A stretch of DNA of 64,000 bases, from positions 18,430 through 82,429 of the IMG/VR virus record IMGVR_UViG_3300048580_000994. One strand, 5' to 3'. Of this stretch, positions 56,494-64,000 are shown in pieces. Source of the DNA: a virus. Position 1 is the stretch's first letter; the number at the start of each line of letters is the position of its first letter. Under the pieces are notes generated by a model. That model was given only the letters and a program-made list of their open reading frames with translations. It was not told where the DNA came from and made no database searches. The translations under genes were made by a program, and so were the position numbers.

Positions 56494-58058
56494 TTTCTCC
56501 TTGACTTCCCCATAAATCCTGCTACAATGGTCAAAGTTAAACAATTGGAGAAAAATCATGGAAACTCTTATCACAGTTGTTCTGGTTGTCGCCACCCTTT
56601 ATGGTACCTTTATGACTTTTAGAATTGAATCTTATACTTTTTTTGGGTGGTGTATTTATAAACTCCCTGCCCTTACCCTTATGGTTGGTGGTGCCTTGGC
56701 TGTCCTGTATAAGTTCGGGTTCGTCCTTGTTGTCGCAATCTAAGGAGAATTATTATGGGAGTTTCCAAAACTGACTTGAACAATATTTGTGTCAAAGTGT
56801 ATGGAGAAAAGGTGGCTAATAATCTCTTTAATTCTCTTGCAGCCCCAAAAATTGTGGAAATGGTAATCGTTGAAGATTGGGATAAGAATATTCTCAATAC
56901 TGCAGAACGAACTGCCATTCGTTTGGTGTGGAAAGGATTGCAGGTTGCTGGTGCTTTTCATTTTGACCCAGATGATATTAAACGCAATTGTAATAATTGT
57001 GCCAATGTTACTAAAGATGGAAAGGATTGTTCTGTATTCAGTTCCCAAGGCACCTGTCATCTATCAATCCCAAATTTGTGGGTTGCTAAAACTTCTTGAC
57101 TTTTCAATAAATCCTGTTATACTGTAAGGACAATTTAGGGAGTTAACATTATGGCATATATTAATATTCGTTCAGCAGAAACTGTTGATGGTGATATGAT
57201 TATGTTGGGAGTAGATGATACTACCCAAGTGTATGTTGTGACAAAATATGTTGGTGGGCATATGTTGGATGACCGCTATGACACCACAGATTTGGAATTC
57301 GCTAATAATTATTTTGAATCGCTATTGACTTCTCAATAAATCCTGCTATAATGGTTGGGTAATTAGGGAGTAACCAAAATGTCTTATGATCCTACCAAGA
57401 TTGAAGAATGGGTTGTGAGCAGCTCTGGCTTCTGGCACAAGGGTACAGTCAATACTACCAAATTTATTGTTCAGTTCACAGGGACTTGGGAGCAGGTCAA
57501 CTCCCGTATGTTGCAGATGCGTGAGATGGAAAAGCGTCATGCTCAGGAACGTGCTGAACTCGAAGCGAAACATCTTGAAGAGCGAAAGATGTTCTGGTAG
57601 TAATATCCTATTGACTTTTCCATAAATCCTGCTATACTATAAGGACAATTTAGGGAGAATGAAAATGTTTTACCATTTTGTTTGTGACGCTGAAGCCAAG
57701 GTGGATGAATTTGTCAAAGAAGGCAAGATCACTGAAGAAGCAGCCAATGAAATCAAAAAGATGTTTGATAACCTTACCGAATCATCTTATGAAAATGGTA
57801 TGGGTGATGCCATCCAATATGAACGCAGATATCAAGACGAATAAAAAATTTGGTATTGGGATTTTTGTAGTAGTTCAAAGAACTCCAGTGGGATGTTTCT
57901 TACCGTGTGACCCAAAATATGAACATAATTGTTTTGGGCTAACTGTATACCTAATGATAAGGTGAATTGATCATTGGGCGAAAGTCGGGTCTACAAAAAC
58001 TTTTTAAAATAATTCTTGACTTTGATAAATATTAATATATTTTTGGGAGAAAATTATT

Positions 58059-58412
58059 ATGGCAGATGAAATTATCAATAATGCTAAAACTGCAATGGAA
58101 GAAATTGAACAAATTTTAATCAGTGAAGCCAAGGATATGTCTTCCCCAGCATCAAGAGAAGAAGTATATCGATCAATGGAGTTAATTGATGGGAAAATAG
58201 ATAAAATCAATAGTAAGTTAGATTCACAACAAAAACAACTTCTTAAAATTACCAGAACAGTTGAACAACATGATGAACAATTTAAAAAAATTGACCAACG
58301 CTTTGAACAAGTCGACCAGCGTTTTGAACAGATGATGGAACAATTTAGAATTCAAAATGAAAATATGACGTTGGTAAATTCTAAATTAAATACTTTGTTG
58401 GCTAAAAAATAA
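58059..58412 (+). CDS. Coiled-coil protein
   Basis: FKKIDQRFEQVDQRFEQ heptad repeats. Confidence 0.65.
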   Translation: MADEIINNAKTAMEEIEQILISEAKDMSSPASREEVYRSMELIDGKIDKINSKLDSQQKQLLKITRTVEQHDEQFKKIDQRFEQVDQRFEQMMEQFRIQNENMTLVNSKLNTLLAKK

Positions 58413-58729
58413 TTCTTGAAAAAATTTGAAAAAAACGTTTGACTTTGATAGCCAATCCTGATACACTAATAAAGTAAAGAGTGAATGAAAGGTAAAGTGA
58501 ATTTTTGATATGTGTCCTTAGCGGGAGAGCGACGACCAGAGCGGAATGCCTATCGGTGTCTGGCAGTAGTTCGTAACACGTCCCCAAGAGTAAGATGGCA
58601 TGAGGGGCGTCCATATCAAAAACAATTTTGACTCAAAGTGACTAAATAATTCTTGACTTTGATGCAAAATACCTGTATAGTCGTTAAATAGTGAGGGAAA
58701 AGTAAAGGTAAGATAGATAAATAGTTAAT

Positions 58730-58803
58730 GCTCCTGTGTCCCAACTGGCAGAGGAATGCGACTTAAAATCGCAGTGTTATCGGTTCGAATCCGATCAGGA
58801 GCA
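58730..58803 (+). tRNA. tRNA-Leu(TAA) with short variable region
   Basis: Anticodon arm TGCGA-CTTAAAA-TCGCA. Confidence 0.85.
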
Positions 58804-58830
58804 CGAAATAAAAAGTATAAATAGAGTATT

Positions 58831-58902
58831 GCCTCTCTATCATAAAGGAAATGAACTCGTCTCATAAACGAGGCTATGCAGTGTCAGGATCTGCGGGAGG
58901 CA
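58831..58902 (+). tRNA. tRNA(CAT) Met or Ile2
   Basis: Anticodon arm CTCGT-CTCATAA-ACGAG. Confidence 0.8.
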
Positions 58903-58976
58903 CTTAAATTAAATATTGACATAAAAGGAAAATAAAGGTATAGTTTTTATAGTGAAAAGATAAATAAATATAACAT

Positions 58977-59048
58977 GCTCTGGTAACTCAAAGGAAGAGT
59001 ACTCGTCTCATAAACGAGCTGTTGGGATGTCGGGATTCCCCCGGAGCA
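58977..59048 (+). tRNA. tRNA(CAT) Met or Ile2
   Basis: Anticodon arm CTCGT-CTCATAA-ACGAG. Confidence 0.82.
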
Positions 59049-59063
59049 CTGAAAAAAAGGAGG

Positions 59064-60104
59064 CTATATAGCCTCCTTTTTATTTTTAGTTTCGATGCCT
59101 ATGTTTATTAAAAACATATTAAAACCTTTATATTCAACCCCGAACATTTCTTGGATTTTTTTAGGTGTTAAATTTTCTTTATGATATAATCTTGACAATT
59201 CATTGATTGCAGAAATTATGTTATTTTCTGTTTCATAAGGATTTCCCAACTCAAAATTAAACATTTTCGCCAATACTCTTGCTGACACCATATTTGGATT
59301 ATCCCATCCTGTTGCTGGTTTTAGTTTGGTGTTATAAATTTTTCCAGTTATAGATGAATATTTAATTGGGGTATAATCATATTTATTATTATCTGGTTTT
59401 GGTAACATAACAGGATCGATTTTAATGTTAAATAAATTTATATCAAAGTTGTCATTATATTTTTCATTCCATTGTATAATTCTGTTTTTTAATTCATCTA
59501 ATGTTATGTGCGATTCTGCTTGTTTTCTGCTATTATCAACATTCATTAAAAACTGACAATTTGCTGGATGTCCAATAATTGATGGGTGTATAAAATTATC
59601 AAACCCATTTTTTACAGAAAAAATGTGGTCTAATGTTGCTCCTTGGATATCAGGTGTTTTTGTGTCCCAAAAACCATATTTTAAATATAGTTCATACCCA
59701 TCAATTAAATGATATATATCTTTCATAAAAACGAAACGACATAATATCCTATAACTTTCATAATTAACCCGATAATCATCTGTTAATCCATTTGTCTTTA
59801 ATAGCGTTTCTCGTTGTTTCATTCTTGATTCTTTTGTTCTGTTTTCATTTGATTTTTTTGCAGCACAAGTCATCGAACAATATTTTTGTTTAGTTTCTCT
59901 GTCCTCATATTTGATGATTGTGTTGCATGTTGGGCATATTATTGGATTTTCATAATATAATTTTCTTGTTTTAATTGATTTATGTGTTTTAACACATTGG
60001 TCACAACAGTAAGATGTGAACCTTTTGTCCTTTGGTATAAAATCTTTTCCACAATCTGGATTTTGGCATTTAAATGTTTCTTTAATTTTTGTAGCCATAA
60101 TCAT
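59064..60104 (-). CDS. HNH-type endonuclease (HPANC family)
   Basis: LDHIFS...HPANC...DN; shares the KLKPATGWDNP domain with 10685-11860. Confidence 0.78.
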   Translation of the reverse strand: MIMATKIKETFKCQNPDCGKDFIPKDKRFTSYCCDQCVKTHKSIKTRKLYYENPIICPTCNTIIKYEDRETKQKYCSMTCAAKKSNENRTKESRMKQRETLLKTNGLTDDYRVNYESYRILCRFVFMKDIYHLIDGYELYLKYGFWDTKTPDIQGATLDHIFSVKNGFDNFIHPSIIGHPANCQFLMNVDNSRKQAESHITLDELKNRIIQWNEKYNDNFDINLFNIKIDPVMLPKPDNNKYDYTPIKYSSITGKIYNTKLKPATGWDNPNMVSARVLAKMFNFELGNPYETENNIISAINELSRLYHKENLTPKKIQEMFGVEYKGFNMFLINIGIETKNKKEAI

Positions 60105-60433
60105 ATCCTCCCCATATCTTTTTCCAAAAGTTCTTCGATCATAAGTGACTCATACCAAATCGAGGCAATCCTATCATAATCATCTTTTCTTCTTCTCAAT
60201 TCCAACGTTACTTTTTTAGTTTCTGCCTTTTGTTCTTCCAATAGATTTTTAATCATATCCTTATTTAAATTTGACATAATACTGTCCTCCATAATATAAA
60301 TATTGTTGTATAAGAAAGAAAAAGTGGATACCTCCATTTTCACTGATTAATAATGTTAGAGCATTATTAATCTCTTTCTTATATATCTATTTATCACTTT
60401 ACCCAAAAAAGTGGCTCAAATAGATGAAAAAAT

Positions 60434-60670
60434 TCATTTTTTTGATTTATATTTTTCCTTATTTTTGATGCTGATTTCTTCTTTATGGGTTTCATAATAT
60501 TTTTTCTTATATTCTTTTAATTTATCAGTGACATAATTAGCATTGACAACTCTTTGACATTGCACACAATTTCCATTTCCGGTATATCGGTCTGATATAT
60601 GTCCTTTTGGGCAAGGCTTTCCTGTATTATACTGTGAAAGCCCCAACGCTTTAGCTTCTCTCCTTTTCAT
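60434..60670 (-). CDS. Small Zn-binding protein
   Basis: YNTGKPCPKGHISDRY...CVQC motif. Confidence 0.65.
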   Translation of the reverse strand: MKRREAKALGLSQYNTGKPCPKGHISDRYTGNGNCVQCQRVVNANYVTDKLKEYKKKYYETHKEEISIKNKEKYKSKK

Positions 60671-61365
60671 CCTCTTCCTCCAAATTTCAACATAAAAATC
60701 ATTTTATCGTTTGGTTTAACGATGCAACGATTTTCGTCTAACTGAATTTTATGTTTTTCGATCCAATTTTCTATTTCTTTAGTTTTATCTTCGTCATTTA
60801 TGAACCAACCTTCTCTTATTATATGACTATCTCTATCAAATTTGGTTATTGCTGGTTCGAATAATTTATGAACATCTCCATTTTTGGTCCATACAATGAC
60901 TTCTAAATCACCGTTTTCGTACCAAGATGCATATGCTGGTTCGTTTTCTCTGTGTATCTCACCATTTTTATACCATGTTGCAGTGTGTACATCGCCGTTA
61001 TCATAACAGTCAATTGATGCTGGTTCGTCATTTTCTCTGTGAAGTCTACCATTTATATACCATAATTCTTTTTTTAACTGTCCATCTTGGCAATACTCCA
61101 ACCTTGCTGGGCCATTTTCTCTATGTAGAACATCATTTAGATACCAACTTTCTGATGCTTTTTTGCCATCATCATTGTAGAATATCATTGCAGGACCATC
61201 TTCTCTGTGGCGGCGTCCATCAATAAACCATTGTTCATACTTCCCGTTGGTGTGTTGGTCCCAACATTGATGGGCTGGACCATCTTCCCTGTGTAGAACA
61301 TCATTTAGAAACCATTCTTCGGATGCTTTTTTGCCATTTGGAAAATATATTATTTCTGGGTTCAT
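60667..61365 (-). CDS. HRExGPA-repeat (MORN-like) protein, paralog of 27471-27911
   Basis: About six HRE(D/N)xPA repeats; ends IFMLKFGG. Confidence 0.75.
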   Translation of the reverse strand: MNPEIIYFPNGKKASEEWFLNDVLHREDGPAHQCWDQHTNGKYEQWFIDGRRHREDGPAMIFYNDDGKKASESWYLNDVLHRENGPARLEYCQDGQLKKELWYINGRLHRENDEPASIDCYDNGDVHTATWYKNGEIHRENEPAYASWYENGDLEVIVWTKNGDVHKLFEPAITKFDRDSHIIREGWFINDEDKTKEIENWIEKHKIQLDENRCIVKPNDKMIFMLKFGGRG

Positions 61366-61710
61366 AATTAATCCTTTTTATATAATTTATCCCATTTTGT
61401 GACTGACTTTAGGAATGTTGATGCTTCAATGGATGATGGTGGTAATCCTTTTCGTCTTTTGATACTATGTTGTATAATTGATTCTAAAGATAAATGTGGT
61501 GGTTCATACAATGGGTGGTTTATTGGAAGTTCGTCTTCTTTAGTTTTTCCAAATACCCCTTTTAACCATGTTATAATATTCATCTCATTCACCTCAAATT
61601 AAAACTCCATTAATAGTATATAGGATATTTACCCATTGATGCAATAAAAAATCTCTTGACAAAATTTGAAAACGTGGTATTATCTATATATCAACTTTGG
61701 GGAAAACATC

Positions 61711-62163
61711 ATGAAGATCGAACTCAAGGGTTTCAAGTATGCTGCTTTTGCCAGTGACGAAACTCATTGTTATGAAGCGACTGTTTATGTGAATGGTAAG
61801 AAGGCATTTTATGCTTCCAATGAGGGTCGTGGTGGTCCTGATTTTTATCGTCCTATTGACAAGGGCTTGTATGAACAGGCTGTTGCGTATGTGAAGAGTC
61901 TCCCTCCCCATTCAGATAAGTATGGTGACATGGAAATGGACATGGAACTGTTCATTGGTGATTTGGTTGATGAAAAGTTGGCTGAGAAGGAAGTGAAGAA
62001 GCTATTGCGAAAGACTGTTATGGTTGATGGTGGGAAGCTTTACACTTTGAAGGCACCTTATTCTGCGGCACTTGAGGCTCAGATTATGAAGAAGTATCCC
62101 ACTGCGACTGTTCTGAATGCGATTCCTTTTGATGAAGCTGTGAAGGTATTTCTTTCGCTTTAA
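61711..62163 (+). CDS. Hypothetical early protein
   Basis: Own promoter; SDETHCYEA...NEGRGG. Confidence 0.65.
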   Translation: MKIELKGFKYAAFASDETHCYEATVYVNGKKAFYASNEGRGGPDFYRPIDKGLYEQAVAYVKSLPPHSDKYGDMEMDMELFIGDLVDEKLAEKEVKKLLRKTVMVDGGKLYTLKAPYSAALEAQIMKKYPTATVLNAIPFDEAVKVFLSL

Positions 62164-62255
62164 AGAAAAAATTGTTCAATGAAAGCACCATGAGAAATCG
62201 TGGTGCTTTTTTGTTTTTGTGCTAAATAGTATTGCAACAATTTAGGAAATTTAGA

Positions 62256-62903
62256 ATGAGATTATATGAATTAGACAAGATGAAATTCAATCATGCCAAA
62301 GAATTTCTTCAAGACATTGATCAAGGGCGTGGACGAATAAAGGAATTTATATCTGAATATCCTTGGTTGGTTGAACATTGTCGCAAGAAGGCTATAGAAG
62401 AATTGGGGAATGAAATTTCTGTTTATCGTGGGGTAACGTTATACAAGCCATTGCGAAAAGAAGCCATTGTTAGTACCACTTTGGATTGGCAAGTTGCGTA
62501 TGGGATTATAGATAGCAGTCCTGGTGTAATTTTTAGTCACAATGAAACGATAGTGACGAAGAAGGCGTTGTTGCGTTATAAAATTAGTCCAAATGATATA
62601 ATGATATGGATTGATGCTGCGTTACCATTTGTCAAGGCTGCGATTGGGAAGCGTGAAAATTATAGGATTGAGAATCGTTATTCTGAATTGGTTCGTATTA
62701 GGAGTGTTTTAGAATTTTTGGATAAGAATCCTGAGCGTGAAATTATAGCGAATGTCGGGCAACTATCTCCAAGGGTTTTGGAATTTGAGTCTCATATGGA
62801 TGGAAGGACGAAGATGGCAATGTTCAGGGAATTCATGGATGGAAAGAAGTCCAAAGAATTGACACCTGAAATGGAGATAGAGTTTCGGAATTTTCTTGAA
62901 TGA
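62256..62903 (+). CDS. Late protein (MRLYEL leader), possible ADP-ribosyltransferase-like fold
   Basis: VYRG...STT...ERE spacing resembles R-S-E ARTs; upstream TAAATA. Confidence 0.5.
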   Translation: MRLYELDKMKFNHAKEFLQDIDQGRGRIKEFISEYPWLVEHCRKKAIEELGNEISVYRGVTLYKPLRKEAIVSTTLDWQVAYGIIDSSPGVIFSHNETIVTKKALLRYKISPNDIMIWIDAALPFVKAAIGKRENYRIENRYSELVRIRSVLEFLDKNPEREIIANVGQLSPRVLEFESHMDGRTKMAMFREFMDGKKSKELTPEMEIEFRNFLE

Positions 62904-62952
62904 AATTGAATTTGTGGTATTATGAATTATCAATTTTAGAAAGGAGATTATC

Positions 62953-63324
62953 ATGAAACTTTATAGCGTTAAAAAAGGCAAGGAAAGTGTTGTCAATCCA
63001 AAAAAAGTAGACGATTATAATTTTCACCAAGATCATGATTATGATTGTGATGATGAAGAAATCAAAGGACCATCAAGGGTTGGTCTTATGAACTGTAGTA
63101 ACGATATACCTGATTATATTGTTGAACTTGAAAAAGGTGATACAATGATTTTTAATGATAGTAAAGGCAAGATTATTTGTAAGAATGGTGATATTTTTGG
63201 ATTTGGGAATGAGCCATGTCAATATGAAGTTGAAGATTATATTGAAATGTTAGAAGAAAATGGTGAATATAGTGCTAAAACTTTTAAAAAATTTAATCTT
63301 GATGTTGTCATTGATAATAGTTAA
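62953..63324 (+). CDS. Hypothetical protein
   Basis: AAGGAG RBS. Confidence 0.6.
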   Translation: MKLYSVKKGKESVVNPKKVDDYNFHQDHDYDCDDEEIKGPSRVGLMNCSNDIPDYIVELEKGDTMIFNDSKGKIICKNGDIFGFGNEPCQYEVEDYIEMLEENGEYSAKTFKKFNLDVVIDNS

Positions 63325-63556
63325 CGTTTAAATGGGGAAATAAAAAATGAAAAAATTTGCAGTTGCTGTATATTGGGGTAAAATGAACGAAACTGGTGTG
63401 CCTGATTCAATAATGTCAGTTAAAGCTGTTGACAGAAATTCTGTTTTTGAAATTGTTGATAAGTATATTACTACTTTTAATAGTGGTGTTCCTGTTAGGT
63501 ACCAGATTGATATTATTGGTGAAATTGACGTTGAAATCTAAGAAAGGGTTTTCGGA

Positions 63557-64000
63557 TTGAAAATTATCAAATGTCCAACTGAATATTCAGAATCTCACAA
63601 GTCAGTATTTTTGGCTGGTGGTATTTCAGGGTGTTGGGATTGGCAATCAAGAATTACTGATTTGGTTGAAGAAAAAGGGCTTGATATTGTTCTTTTAAAT
63701 CCTCGTCGTGAAAATTTTGATATAACTGACCCAACAATGTCAAGGCAACAGATTATTTGGGAACGGGAACATTTGATTAAAGCTGATATTATTTTGTTTT
63801 GGTTCCCAAGTGAAACGATGTGTCCTATTACTTTGTATGAGTTAGGTTTTTGGACGAACAGTGACAAACCATTAATTATTGGCTGTGATGAAAACTATCA
63901 GCGAAGGTTTGACGTTGAAATTCAGACGAGTTTGAGTCGTGATACTGTTGTTCATGATTCGTTAGAAAAATTGGTTGAAGAATTGGGGAGGATGATATGA
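63557..64000 (+). CDS. Nucleoside 2-deoxyribosyltransferase-like protein
   Basis: VFLAGGI..DWQ..LNPRR..QIIWE..PITLYELG. Confidence 0.85.
   Translation: MKIIKCPTEYSESHKSVFLAGGISGCWDWQSRITDLVEEKGLDIVLLNPRRENFDITDPTMSRQQIIWEREHLIKADIILFWFPSETMCPITLYELGFWTNSDKPLIIGCDENYQRRFDVEIQTSLSRDTVVHDSLEKLVEELGRMI

Noticed and set aside
1-64000. CRISPR array or stop-codon recoding
   Set aside because: No regularly spaced repeats were seen. TAA, TAG and TGA all terminate recognisable genes and no clear suppressor tRNA was found.

Overview
AT-rich segment of a large (jumbo-like) phage genome, read with the standard genetic code. No capsid or replication core genes fall in this window. An alphaproteobacterial host is inferred from the bL36 and LpxC types. 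The window contains about 55 tRNA genes, all on the + strand: a dense array at 1-17 kb and smaller groups at 22, 28-33 and 55-59 kb. At least 11 free-standing homing-type nucleases (HNH, GIY-YIG, PD-(D/E)xK) are interspersed. Host-like genes include lpxC, rpmJ, fliN, a mini EF-Ts, a GGDEF cyclase, BLUF, hemerythrin, a kinase, GNATs, denV, a radical SAM enzyme and a MORC ATPase. The most unusual content is non-coding: (1) seven copies of a covarying three-way-junction small RNA transcribed divergently from nuclease genes of three families, with a loop matching each gene's own Shine-Dalgarno region; (2) five copies of a covarying scaffold (GC-CG...TTATC...ACC-TT-GC) enclosing circularly permuted tRNA halves or fragments, one of which reconstitutes a complete tRNA-Asn; (3) a free-standing mimic of the 23S rRNA L11-binding domain; (4) three tRNAs with short anticodon-loop introns. 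All structures were read by eye and need computational confirmation.
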